In this document: in pieces, positions 50,581 through 63,457 of the stretch | How positions within the stretch are numbered: position 1 is the first letter of the stretch | Layout: every line of letters begins with the position of its first letter | Assembly: GCA_002633005.1 (NCBI GenBank) | Contig: NMRA01000401.1 | Location: 17,629-81,628 of the forward strand | Direction of reading: 5' to 3' | DNA: 64,000 nucleotides | Source: Phoronis australis | Taxonomy: Eukaryota; Animalia; Phoronida | Translations under genes and position numbers: made by a program | Notes under the pieces: generated by a model | Seen by the model: the letters and a program-made list of their open reading frames with translations, nothing else | What the model was told of the DNA's origin: nothing | The model's database searches: none

Positions 50581-53500
50581 CTGCAAGACACGAATAACAC
50601 AATCATGTTACAGCATCACAATCACAATGCTGCATACCGTAATTCTCCACTAACAGTAGGCAAGTCTTAAAAGCTAACAGGATTTGCATGCAAGTGGACC
50701 AGAAAGCATGCACTGTTTACTCCAGAGTATCCAGCAAATTCGTCCGCACATCAAATGCTTGACGGCATCGTCACGCATTGCAGTGACCTAGTTGCTATTC
50801 GTAGGCAAAGCTGAACTTGTATTCCGTGATATAATTGCAGTCATAAACCAACACGCCTGTTTAGTGCGTGAGTTTCAGAAAAGAAACAAGTAAGGCAAAC
50901 AACCAACATGACTGCTTTAATATTGAAAAGTAAATAGTAGTCGTCTTTGAATTTTCAAAAATTGTTGCATTATAAAAGGAATACGTTTTCTTCCGCATCG
51001 TGGCTAAGCCACGAGTATTTTAAAATTTGTGAATCAATTAGGATGGGTTAGTCACAGTCTGGCTTAGGCGTTGGAGTAACAAAACCCCAAATGTTAGATG
51101 CCTCATTTTTATCACATTACCGACACTTCATTTTGCACTCACAAAACTGTTACAGAGTCAGTTTTGAACTTTAGAAAATATCAACATGAATCCCTTCCAA
51201 TAATTCTAGTAATGCACACCTTTTTAACCGCGTTTTAAAATAAGGTGAGAACATAGTATATTCCCCACTAAATTCATCGACTCAAATGGCCCAACATATG
51301 CTGCTACAAACATGACCTGAATCAGTGTGTGTCACTAATAGTCATGAGCTCAAAAGACAGTTTCATCAATGATGGGATAAAGTTTTCTTACACTGTCTGG
51401 AATGTCACAACGGGAAAAGCCAACTTGTAGGGCCTGGTCCCCAGCAATAACGAATAACAGATCTTTGGAAATCACCTATGACTTGACTAAGGAACAATTT
51501 GAGACCAATGTCACGCTGGTATGTAAATTAAATCAAAAAGTTGTTTATTGTGGTGGTAGGCAGGTTTATAGATGCTTTAAATATGGCTCTGTGTGAGACA
51601 TAAAAGTGGAACCTGCATGCTAATTCCTTATCTCTATGATTGCTTGGTCAAATTAGTTAGAAACACAACATGTCCCAATGATGTGACTATGACATAGGTT
51701 GAAAATTGCCAAGTGTTTTTTAAGAACAAGTTTTGTGTCGAAAATGATCCGTCGTAAATCACTCAACCGTATCCAGTAAGTATCGTGACATGGTGTTGGG
51801 GAATAACACTGCATGATGCGGGCTATGTGAGCCCTCAAGGTACGTCATTAGTGCAAAGGTCACTTATATGCAGAATTTTTTGTTTTCACATAAGTTGTCA
51901 ATGAATACAACTGCACTTTGTTTAGCATAGATGATGTTCAAATAGCATTGTCATTCAGTTCCTGCTAAACATTAGCATAGTTAGGCCATGCAAATACATC
52001 TTTAAAATCTAGCTCAAAACGAGTGGCTTTATGAGAGGCAAAAGTAGTCACAAGTGGGCCGAGTAAAGTTTCTTTGTGACCTCTGATAATTTACCCACCG
52101 ACCAACCTGAATTCTTTGGGTTGTGCATTCAACACAGAGCTTCTAAACTGCAACATTGTTGGAACAAACAAGGGTTCGTTAAAGTACCTGCTCCAGGAGG
52201 AAACAGACTCTGTCAAGAAGAATCAGACTTTCAATGCATCGGCCAAGAACTGTGCGTAACTGGAAAAAGCACTGAAGATGTCTCTGTTGGTCATTATAAT
52301 GCTGTTCATATGACAGGATGTCCTCATCTGAAAGCTGCAAAAATAAGCAAATCGGATTACATGGTAAAAGTTCACATGAGAAGGCAAACTTTCAGCAATT
52401 ACGAAATGACGTAAATGCCTTTGTAACAAATTCACAATGTACATTTGAAACGCAAAATAGAGAAACCATTGATACTGCATTTAATACAAAATGTTAAATT
52501 TACACTATATTTCTTAACATTTAAAATTTCTAAAGAAATAAAACCTTATTGTTGAGTTTTGAGAAACTGGTATAGAATGAACTAACCCCAGCAGATTGAG
52601 TTGCTGACTCATGACAGGGGTTGTGCATTGCTTAAAAAATTAAGGAAAATAAGTCTAATAAAATCTTACTAACATGGACTTTGTTTTGTTTGGAGACGAG
52701 GTAAAATCACATGCCCAAGCAATGTTTTCTGACCATCTTATCTGTTTTTGGTAGGAGACGAGGGTGATCTGACCACTATAGCACCCCGGAAGCGGACCAA
52801 CAGCAAATTTAACCTGAACCAAACGGTAAATTCCAATTGCTGCCCACAATACGCAAAAACGTCTGCACAGCATTTTAAGTCGAATGGGAAAATGGGCATG
52901 CACACTGTTGTATCACACTGCTGTACATGAGTTGGGTGAGCTCATGCCCCATTTGGCGACTTCGGAATTTGGTCGAGTTGACGATATGCTGCTAACTGTC
53001 GTATCCTAACATGCAATCTACGCATTTTAGATTCACCAAAACTCAATGTTGAATTCACCAAAACTCAATTTTAGATTCATAAAAACTACATTTTTGATTC
53101 ATCAAAACTCAATTTTAGATTCACCAAAACCCAATTTTAGATTCATAAAAACTAAATTTTATATTCAACCAAAACTCCATTTTAGATTCACCAAAACCTA
53201 ATTTTAGACTCACCAGAACCCAGTTTTAGATTCATAAAAACTAAATTTTAGATTCACCAAAACCCAATTTTAGACTCATCAATACTCAATGATGAGAATT
53301 CCACCTTATTAGCAAATTAAAGTTCCTACCTCTAAACTAAATCCAAGCTTTTTGAAGGCTCTCCTGACATATTGGCAAAAGTTGGTACACTTATTGGCAA
53401 TCTTTCCCACCCTCCAGTCATCATTCATACATCCCACGACATCCCGTAGAATCACTTGTAACAATGCTCGCCAGTACAAGGACACTGATGGCTCCTGAAA

Positions 53501-56500
53501 ACGGAATAAAGGAACGCTGCAACACCGGTATGAAGACAGGACAAGAAAACACTATCACATTGTTTAACTCACCGATAGGAGTAAAACCAGCACTCTCATA
53601 GTGAGGGATAAATGTACCAGCACTCTCATAGTGAGGGATAAATGTACTTAATACGTTTTATTCACTTTTGCAAGGAATATCATGTAACTGCTGCATTGTG
53701 TGCCTATACAACAGCATGTGTCCTTCCGAGTGTATGAGATGAGTGTAAAAAAGCTTGAATCCACAGAAAACAGAGTCTTGCTTAAAAGAAAATTTGCTCC
53801 CAACATACACAAATGTTGAAGGGGTGGAAAATTTGCTAAACAAACTCTTTTTCCACTACACCGCCCATTTGCCCAACAGGCAACTAAATTGACATTGGGT
53901 GTCATGCTTGAAAACCTCCACACTTTGAACAATTGGATATGACAAGGCCCACAAATCCACAAACTACTTAGATATCATACTTGGTAAAAATGACATTCTG
54001 CACTGAGGGTGTCAACACCATATTTTAAAATTACTTTACATGTCAACTAGAGACTGTGAACTGCATTGCAACCAAATACAAACCCTATAATATCATTGCT
54101 TGTTCATAACACAAGGACTGCCATGATAACAACGCCCAAGCTGGAGATGGCAGTGAAAGATCTGAAAAAGGCACCCTGCATTTTTGTTCACGGCAAGATA
54201 GGGGGGCACAAGGTACCCTACCCACACATCCCTGATCCCCTATGTGTAATGGGTACACCTACCCTGTTCATCTGTGCTCCCCTCTCCACAGACTGCGAAG
54301 CCAACATCCTAGACTTCCTGCCAAGTGTAAACTGCTGCTCCTTCAGGTATGAACTCATTGGAAAACTGGCAGCAGAGGCATCTATGGGCAAAAATACAAA
54401 GCAGTTACTTCATTGTGAATTTCAAATGCTATCTCCCAACAGCAGCACATTTAGGGGACGGAAAGTAATGTCTATTATAACCAGGAAAAGTATGATAAAT
54501 CTAAAACCTGGTAATCACGTTAATTATCAGTTTATTGCACAAAACCCCCTAAAAATGTTCGCCTTTTCACAAATGTGCAAGCCACATATTTGTCTGAGCT
54601 AGATTTTGGTTGGAACAATTAATTAAAAATTGGACACAATTTGGGAATGAGGAGGCGAAAGTTTAATTGCTGTCAAAAGGTCTCGTCATAGAATAGCTCG
54701 TAACAAAACGCAGTATCAGCAGCCATCTAATTACCAGTGCAGATACAAACAAGTCCTTGATGAACTAGCTATTCGCTTCAAACTAAAATACATGTGTCAC
54801 CAACAATTGAAACCATACTGAGCGAAAATATAGTCACAAGTAACAAACAAATGAACAACAGTATCGGCACACTTCTACATTGATGAGTCCTTGATTTACG
54901 TAACTCACCAACCCCTTCATCACACCCTGTACATTCCTCTAGATGTTGATAACAACAGCCCACGTTACACACTGCACTAGCGTAGGCGTTGTTGACAAAG
55001 AGCTGCAGAACACTTGATGCTAGGCTTCCGCATGTATGCAAGCCTGCGAGCAACACGCGAGACGGACATGGACTGATCGCGTGCGCCTGGAGTACATGAC
55101 CAAGGTCACTATCCGCGGTAATGTGCATCGTCAACGGAATAAATGAATCCTGTGAGCTCTTGCCGATACATGAATCATGTGAGGGACTGTCCCTATCCAT
55201 TTCCCCTCCAAGTTTCATAGTGGTTTCTTCAGCATTGGGTGACGTGATGGAGACCAAGGTGTCGGCATGTACTCGTAGACCACATTCATTGCACTTATTT
55301 TTCACTGAATGAGAAGTTTGTTTCTTTCGTCCTCTTTTAACAGAAAATCCCTGACTTTGAAATTCGGCACGTTTAACAAGGCCTGTCCATTGTTTTTCGA
55401 GCTTGCCTTGTCTGTTCAGTGCACTGCCAGAATTTGTAGAGGAGGAATCTATGCCAATGACAGCTAGCTTGTGTTTGAGTGACAGGTGTGAGCTCAAGTA
55501 GCCACGCCCACTTCCAATATCTATCACCTAGAGACAGATGGTAACAGATTAGTACTGACATGGTGTAGAAATTGCAAACTTAATTGTCAATATGAAGCAA
55601 TAATACAGAAGTTCAAACAAAAACTTTCAACCAATCATTTGATAGAGTTGGGTATTGGTATCTATCCGCCACCCCTACCTCCTATTCGGTGCCAATTTGT
55701 CTCGTACCAATACCAGTGTGGCACCGATTGACACTCAGTCACACAGCTGGATGGCTGGCTACACTGAAGATTTGTACAGCAATTCTTCACTTGTTTAGCA
55801 CACAAAATGGCAGACAAGTGAAATTCTATTTTATTAAATTTCCCTACAAATGTAAAGATTAAGAACATTACAGTTTAATAAAAGCACGGATTGAAGTATG
55901 TAGGTGTCATAAACTAACATGTTGTGTCATAATATGACTAAATCACAAAATCTAGCTATCTTTTCAGTTTTCAAAGTATAAACAAAGACATAAAATCTTT
56001 CTTTCAATGCTATACCAACATTTTTGTTTTGGTATTCCGTACAATGACACAAACTGATGCCCAACCCTAATTGACCGTTTCCAACACCGATGACCAACAT
56101 TGACCCCAAAACAACCCATCGCAGTAAACAAGAATAGTGCCTCTGACCTCATGCATTGGTTTCACAACATGACAGATGTAATTGATTCAAGACAGTGAAT
56201 ACAATAAACAAATTTTTCACCCGAGACCAATGAAAAGCAATACAGGTGCATTTGGTAGTATATGTGCCATCAATTGTAGTCATTGAAATGTCATTTTGAT
56301 ATTAGTGATCAAAGTTTTATAGCTGGCACAGGTCTACTTTTTTGTTGGAAATTTTGCTTTTATTGGGTGGTTTCTGTCACTTATGTAAAATTTTCTGTAA
56401 CAGGCATAATATCACTTTTTAATTATTTTAGAAAAAAATCTGAAGACATTATGTCCAAATGTGTTCTTGAAATATATTGCTACACAGTTAAGTTACAGTT

Positions 56501-58654
56501 AAATAATCTGAACATTTGTAATTAATCTTCTAAGTTAATCTGCTGCAGAAGTGCATGCACAGCCTACATGAGACTATATCTGACTTCAGCAACATCTGTA
56601 CAGGAACAGTATATGACTGTCACATGAGGGAATTACCGAATTCTCCGATGTAGTCAGGGCTGTGAACTGTGGAACATTTTGTACTTTCACCTGACAATTT
56701 ACTTTCTTCGTGCATGACTAAGTAAAGTATTTCTAATTCATTATTTAAGAAGATACCACACTTTAAGTGGCATATTATTTTCTGTAACAAAATATGTTTA
56801 CATGGTAAATTCTTACATATGTTGACCAGTGGAGGAAGGATTAACCAAACCCAAACTTGAGAAACCCATCTTCTTATAACGACGATGATAACTGACCTAT
56901 CGCCAGGATTTTAAGTGAAGGCTTAACTGACCAATTAGAACGCAGCATTCTTGACATACCGCAGTTTCCAAGCCACCATTTTACCCGATTAACGTTACCA
57001 GGTAGAGCTTACTGTTTATTTGTCGACTTTTTGCAAGGGGGCGGAGCTTGCGATAGGTCAATCAATATCGTAGAGGGCTTGGAATGAACCACGACAAAAA
57101 AAAGGAAAATTTTCCAGTGATGTTACGTTCTACAAATAGGCTTATGTGACAGAAATGTTATTGCACTGAAAAATTTAATTGCAAGAAATGTTTTTTGCAT
57201 GAAAGTCAAAATGATGATAAAAAAGAGAAGAAATCTAGGAAACTAGAAATCAAATAAGAGGAAATTGAAATTCAAGAGACATCATCTGGGTAAGGCGAAA
57301 TACGGATTATCTGAAGGGTTAAATGCAGGGCACATTTGATCCAATTAATGCATACTGTTGAATTCAGTAGTCATACCCCAACTATACTGATTGCAGAGTA
57401 GTCTTACTAGCAAATAAATCCTTTTGCCTTTTGAGTTAAATCTTCCCAAACCACTAACAAGCAGGTAAAGCCAAAAAAATAGCATAATTGTATCTGGTAT
57501 GCTCCCAACCAACATCCTCGTTCACCTGAGGGGGAAGGGGTATGTACCTTCTGAGGGAAATTTTCTGGTGAGGTAGAAATCCTACCCCCAGTTACCACCA
57601 AGGACATCCCTGTCACCAACCCTCATCATCTCCCTCGAGTAATTGTTTCGATTCTAACTTAGGAATGTTTTAATCACTTAGGTGGTAATTTTTGGGCTTG
57701 ACGAGGAAAATTTCAGCAGCTGGCATCAGTCATTTTCGCTGGTACGACCTGCTTTTTCTCAATGAAAATACGGCCAACTAATTAAAACATATATTACACT
57801 TCCGCAACAATTTTCCAAAAAAAATGATTGCTTTTTTCTCGGCTTAAGGAAATTCAACAAAACAGGTGTTTTAAATTCAAAGAAACTAACCTAATAATCA
57901 CCATAAGACACAGCTGCAAATCACAAACAAGTAATCGAACAATGTTGACAAATAAGACCATACAGTCACATAAAAGACACACCTGTTTAATATTCATTTT
58001 TTCACAAATGCATGCACAGATTGTGGACATGACCTCGACTTCGTGAGACTTCTTTTGCGACATGAATTCCGTGACACAAATGACCGGGTGTGTTGTCAAC
58101 AAGGTGGAAACAGGCACGAGAATTTCCATGCACGACAGAGACACCTGACTAGCAGCATGAACGAACTCCCAAAGCGTCCGGTGTTTCCAAATAACCTTTA
58201 CCCTTTTACCACATGCTGCTTGTTCTTCACATGCGCCAATGACACCAGATGTGCAACTACTTCCACTCAAGCTTGTCTCCCTTTCACTAACTAAATCCTC
58301 ACCAGGAAATAATGTACGACCTGTATCAAATTTCAATTCTTCAATTTTACTTTCACGGTTATCCTGACCCTCACTAGAAGTGACAGGACAAGTCGTGACA
58401 TTGTAACAAGATGAAGTTTCCGTTTGTAAACAGTTAGGAAGTTGGGAAAGCTGAAGCACAGTCAGACCTAAAAGCTGTTGTTTGATCTCCTCACTGAGTA
58501 GATCATCCCAAAGGTTTGAGACGAAAAAATCTGTTATGTGGGAGTCAGCAAAAGGCAGATAGTTCTCCAGAAATTGGCAGATGTGTTGAATCTTCTGCTG
58601 AACATGTTGAAGTCTATGACTCTTCGAAAGATTCTTGTCGCTGAGTGAAAACAT
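50494..58654 (-). CDS. METTL25: Methyltransferase-like protein 25, 602 aa
   Basis: Exons 58654-57983, 55527-54909, 54381-54263, 53494-53330, 52334-52188, 50580-50494 (1809 nt, in phase). Motifs FMSQKKSHEV, VIDIGSGRGYLS, GLHTCGSL, VGCCY, FPMS, YWRALLQ, IESLILLDR, FDPVVSPRCY match the METTL25 family. Confidence 0.93.
52188..52334 (-). CDS. METTL25: METTL25 exon
   Basis: LSDEDIL...FFQLRTVLGRCIESLILLDRVCFLLEQ. Confidence 0.9.
53025..53290. repeat. 22-bp minisatellite (TTTTAGATTCACCAAAACTCAA), about 12 copies
   Basis: Directly visible tandem array in a METTL25 intron. Confidence 0.9.
53330..53494 (-). CDS. METTL25: METTL25 exon
   Basis: SLYWRALLQVIL...VGK...YVRRAFKKLG. Confidence 0.9.
53586..53645. 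repeat. Perfect 30-bp tandem duplication
   Basis: ACCAGCACTCTCATAGTGAGGGATAAATGT twice. Confidence 0.9.
54263..54381 (-). CDS. METTL25: METTL25 exon
   Basis: FPMSSYL...GRKSRMLASQ. Confidence 0.9.
54909..55527 (-). CDS. METTL25: METTL25 exon with SAM-binding motif I
   Basis: VIDIGSGRGYL, GLHTCG, GCCY; GTGAGT donor. Confidence 0.94.
57983..58654 (-). CDS. METTL25: METTL25 first coding exon
   Basis: TTTCAG acceptor 2 nt before ATG; HITDFF and KKSHEV motifs. Confidence 0.88.
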
Positions 58655-58699
58655 TGCTGAAACAACAGTACAACTTTTAATGCATGGATGTAACAATAT

Positions 58700-58898
58700 A
58701 AGCACAGCCCCAGAAATCGCTTTTCGCATAACATTCAGATTCTCATTCACTGCCTTGTATACACTCACTAGTAAGACCGAGTTCAGAGAAGTAGAAGACA
58801 CATTTGAACAATGCTCGTCAACCAGTAAGGCCAGGATTAGAGCACGGATCTCCCAAATGGGAGTCCAGAGCTCAAACCACTGAGCCACAGTCTCCCCA
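58700..58898 (-). mobile_element. tRNA-derived SINE just upstream of the METTL25 first coding exon
   Basis: Minus strand GTGGCTCAGTGG (A box) and GCTCTAATCC (decayed B box) at tRNA-like spacing. Confidence 0.55.
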
Positions 58899-59043
58899 AT
58901 GTATGGATTTGACAAATTTAAATCATTCCTGATAGTTAAAGTGAAGATTATTTTTCATTACAGCTTTCTCTCATTTCAGACAGAGAGCAGTGCTGAAAAT
59001 CGATAAAATCTTAGAAAAATTCTCCATTGTTTAGTAGACTTGG

Positions 59044-59359
59044 TAAACAGTGCCACCGCCTCCATTAAGCAGTAGAGATGATGTTCCCATAGGCCTTTCA
59101 TACGCCAAGCTTTTCAGCAATTGGTCATTTTGACACTGTGGGTGCCAGGAGATATGGCAATTGGGGCAACTGGACGAATGACTAATCGAAAAAAGTTTAG
59201 AATTCAAGATATCGACAGTCTCCTAAGAAGTCCCTCTATGCACAAAAGGCGCTTATAACAAGGTGAATAATCAGTGTGAAGCATAATTCACCGAAAAGCT
59301 TCCAGCATATGAAGGGCCCATGGGAGCATCCCCATCTCTAGAGACGGTGGCACTGTCCA
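59044..59359. mobile_element. TAGACAGTG foldback/MULE-like MITE
   Basis: TAAACAGTG...CACTGTCCA termini; 9-bp flanks TAGACTTGG/TGGACTTGG. Confidence 0.75.
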
Positions 59360-59835
59360 TGGACTTGGCAGCTCATTTCCATGATCACAACACATGAGCA
59401 CATTACAAACCACACTTTGATGTGCCATCCACATTACGAGTTACAAAAAAACAGCCCACCAAAGTGAATCAATTTGGTCAATTAAGCTTATTTCCTGCTG
59501 TCAATCACGGTAATTTTCTGCATTCTAATCAATGCACCGGTGGCTAACTTGGAATAATCTGATTGAATAATTTTTCCCACCACACTTTGCAAAATTCATT
59601 CCCGAATAGAGGGAATTTGTTCAGAAAAATACAATTTTTCACCTGATGGGGCAAAATTCAACCAATTTGAGAACGTTCCACAGCTTTTCTGCTAGTACCT
59701 TGACACACAGGCGTCCTCAGCTTCTGATCGTCCCCAGTACACTGTATATAATGCTATATAGTGGGGACAATCTAAGGACACCTGTAGTAGAACAGTTAGC
59801 TAGTTTGTGTCTAAGCCTTTGTGCTAGTACTACTA

Positions 59836-60410
59836 TAGATAGTGATTACCATCTCTAGCTGGCTCAATACAGAAGGAGTACCTCCTATAGGGGCTTCATA
59901 CACTGGAAACTTTTCAGTGAATTATGCCCCACACCGACTAAAACATCAAAGTCACGTAGTTGTAAATACCTTATGAACATATAGAGGAGGCACCTTAGGA
60001 GGACATTGATGTCTTCAGTTCCTTCCAACTTGAACAAATACTCCTGTTATCAAACATTTTCTTTGAGCAGTCCCTCGTTCAATTCCCAAAATTGGTAACT
60101 GGCCATTTTTACACTGCATACCCCATGGGATATGATGTCATACCACCTGCCGTGCGCAATGTTAAAAATGGCCAGTTACCAGTTTTAGGATCAGAACGAA
60201 GGATTGCAAGAAGAAAAAGTTTGATAATGGCAGTATTTGTTCGAGTTGGAAGGGATTAAAGACGGCCTCCTAAGGTGTCCCTCTATGCGCATAAGTAACA
60301 ACGTGACTTTGATGTTTCAGTCGATGTGAGGCATAATTCGGCGAAAAGCTTCCGGCATATAAAGCGCCTATAGGAGCTACAGGGTGAGCCAGCTAGGTGG
60401 TCACTGTCTA
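59836..60410. mobile_element. Nearly fully palindromic foldback element of the same family
   Basis: Imperfect inverted arms of roughly 270 bp around a centre near 60130. Confidence 0.8.
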
Positions 60411-60839
60411 GTGCTGGCATAGCCTTGGTACAAAGCAGCAATACAGCTTAATTTGCGCCGATGTGGGTAAAAAACTGACCAGCTAAAATGTCACAAAATT
60501 AGCGTCATTAAAAACCACACACTAATTTGAGGAAATAAAATTATTTTCTGGTTTTGGAAAAGTTGGCATTCTACCGTTTTATTCTGCTGCTAAAGTTGTG
60601 GAATAATCTTCTGCTCCAGCTTTCAGTGCCATGAAAATGAAATATTGCGTCACCTGTTGAGTATTGGCCAGTTTCTTTTTTCGCCGATTCTTAAATTATC
60701 TGTTCTTCTTTCACGAGGTTGCGTACACGTCACACCAAATTATCGGAACTGGTTTCATTTCATTATAAGTTTTTAGAATTCTGATACCAGCAAACTGAAT
60801 TTCAGAAGAAATTTTGCAGCTGCCAAGCTATCATCACCT

Positions 60840-61400
60840 CGAGAGAGACGTCACGAAAAGTTAGGAAATGGCGCGTGCGTGTGTCACTAGCATATTGTTT
60901 TCGAAGCAACGACATAACTTTTCTTAGCAAAGGTGGAGGATTACGCAAGAAAATGACGTTTATTAGATTGTTTTTAACTAAAAACGTTTGTAACGAATGT
61001 AACGGGCAAGGTGAATGTCGGTTGATTCCCAGATTTGGCGGTCTTTTGCTTTACATGCTGATACAAGATTCACCGCGAGGGGAATTCATGGTGAGAAGAC
61101 TTACCGGAAGTTTACAAGGGAGGTTTAAAGTCTTAAACGTACTTACGAATAAGAAGGAAAACCTTTCTTCTGTTTTAGACTCCTAGTTAGACAAAGTATT
61201 AAGAAATATGTTATTCAATAATGTACAACAAATTATTTGGTGGTCTTTTTGTATTATTCAAAATCAGTTTGTTTTCGAAACGTTTTGACGAAGGTTAACA
61301 CGGAAGCCGATTTGCGCATGCTCGTATTTTATCAACAACATTTGAATTTCCCTAACTTCCTAAGCCAAAGGTTCAAGGCATATCACATCAAAGTAGGTTC
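60840..61400. promoter_or_regulatory. Candidate bidirectional promoter for METTL25 and CIP2A
   Basis: CRE-like GACGTCA near 60848, YY1-like AAATGGCG near 60866, ETS CCGGAAGT near 61104, NRF1-like TGCGCATGC near 61313, CHR-like TTTGAA near 61341; lies between divergent genes. Confidence 0.45.
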
Positions 61401-61499
61401 TTTTTCTTTCTTTTCTTTGAGGTTACTTCGTGTTCTGGTTGGAGCAAGTTGTTGTTAAAGGTCGTTTACATAAGATTAGATTGTGGGATAGCTAGAGTC

Positions 61500-61765
61500 A
61501 GACGGTGAATCTCCTATAGAAGCTTCATACGCCGGAACGGAAGCTTTTATCGGCGAATTCTAAGTCACACTCGCAACACTCAGTCACAGTCAAACTGATT
61601 AAAACAACGAAGTCACATTGTTGTAAAGTGAATAGCTTTTGCGCATAGTGGAACTCAAGCAATTAGTCCTTCGTTCAGTTGCCCAAATCGGCAACTGGCC
61701 ATTTTACGCTGCACGCGCGCCTATTTTTACCGCGCCTGAAAGGTAGAAACGATGGTCACAGTCAT
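61500..61765. mobile_element. Decayed copy of the foldback family
   Basis: Shares CCTATAG...CTTCATAC and TCCTTCGTTCAGTTGCCCAA...AACTGGCCATTTT blocks with 34189 and 59836. Confidence 0.6.
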
Positions 61766-63355
61766 AGGATGCAATTGACTGTAACGGCATGATTACAAGA
61801 AAATAACGAAACTATAGACAGCCTAGGCAACAGATAGCCCCTCGGTTGGCCAGTTAGGGGCTACAATACTTCCCATCGCTTTCTGTGCGCATTTCACACT
61901 TAAAACTATCACTTAAAAAAGCGCTTACGTTCTTCATTGGTCCTTTCTAATACATATCTTTGATGAAGCTTAGTTGTAAGAATTAAGGTGACTTTGGCAA
62001 ACAATTCCAACTCCACTTTTTGGTTGCCGTTAACTTTTTCACTACGTGCGTGATAACCACAAAGGCACAAAGTATGTCAACTGAGTCGCGTGAGTTAGGC
62101 AAAGGCTAGCGCGAGACTGAGCGAAGCGTGTGACGCTAGCGCGTGACACTCGCAAAATGGTATGAGAAGGTATCAGGTGAAATTTGTAAGATTTGTGTCC
62201 CTTGGACTTTTTGTTCATCAACAAGCATGATTTCATATAATTTCCTCAAAGTGGCACCCAGTAAAAGAAACTCGAGCAAACCATGGCAGATTTTCATTAG
62301 TTTCTTCTCCAGACTTATGGTATGAGTTGTTTATAACTCTATGTGCATATATGCATGTTTCATTTGATTTTATTTCCTGTATTTTGAAATTCGTAACTTT
62401 TTTGTGGGTATGTACTATCGCCCTTGTATGCCTGCGGCATCCAGGGCGATGTAATTGCCTATAGACAGCCGTGAGTCGCTGCTTACCTGCAACGTCGTCA
62501 TAACGCAATTGACTCGACTTGCCACAGCCAGGAGGTTATTTCCTTGCTCTGTTTAGAACACCCTTCTCATACAGTATTATATGTGTAGTAAGGTAATGTC
62601 TCTTGCTTTCTATCTCTGAAGTCTTGTGAGGTTCTCAGTCTCTCCACTGCGTTGCACCCTTAACAATGGCCTGCTACTCTGGTTAATTCTGTTGTTTGGC
62701 TATTGCCTTACTTTCAGTTGGAGTCATGCATTGACGGCTTTGCTTATAGAAAGCATTGGCAGGCCCCATAATAGTCACGTTCACGGGTTCCCCAGTTTGA
62801 GAACCGGGTTTTGCTACTGAATAACAGGCAAAAAACTGGTTCTATAATGCGGTCCCCCCAGTATTGTATGTAAGTCGCTTTAAGTGAATATTGCCCAAGT
62901 CCTTTTATTATACATATATGTATTGTGTGGGAGGTAGCTCCCATGGCCAGCTACACAGCAGTGAAGCCAATTACATTGCCGTGTATGCCGCAGGAGTTTG
63001 AAAATAGACTTGGTGGGCAGGAAAATGGCCGTCGATATTTTCATGCGTTCCCATACGGTGTAACATCGAGGTGAATGATCATTTTCACATTGATCGTAAT
63101 TTTTGAATATGGGATGGCCTGTAGCGCATATTCCTTTCTTTCACTCATATATGGAAAAAATGAAACTGGTGGGGATTTCGTGATAATGCAAAACACAAGA
63201 TGAAATGAGACAGTTGATTTTTATTTCTTTAAATTTTTATATTCACAAATTCTCAAAATACCATCCAATTTGATGCGCATCTTCTTTTACTTTAAGCAGC
63301 ATTAAATATGTCTTCGTTCACCATAAAAACTTTTGATTCTGTTGTCATTTTCAGA

Positions 63356-63457
63356 ATGGAGACCACGTCATGTGTGAAAGCCATGGTAATGGCTGTTCAA
63401 CAATACAGGAACAATCCAAATGATGTCAACCTTGTCAACTTGCAAAGACAGTTGGAT
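63356..63457 (+). CDS. CIP2A: Protein CIP2A, first coding exon (gene continues beyond window)
   Basis: METTSCVKAMVMAVQQYRNNPNDVNLVNLQRQLD resembles my recollection of the vertebrate CIP2A N-terminus (MDSTACLKSLLLTVSQYK...LLRHLE); 34 codons, TTTCAG acceptor, GTATGT donor. Confidence 0.78.

Noticed and set aside
53025-53290. CRISPR-like array
   Set aside because: Units are contiguous with no unique spacers, in a eukaryotic intron.
54066-54602. 178-aa plus-strand ORF
   Set aside because: It is the antisense shadow of a METTL25 exon plus intron, with no recognisable motif.
1-58654. MTHFR and METTL25 as a SAM-metabolism cluster
   Set aside because: They are about 39 kb apart, convergent and separated by an unrelated gene; animal gene neighbourhood alone is weak evidence.
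58655-58915. Apparent 87-codon N-terminal extension of METTL25 in the ORF track
   Set aside because: It runs through a tRNA-derived SINE and lies upstream of a TTTCAG acceptor placed 2 nt before the MFSL ATG; likely a chance open frame.
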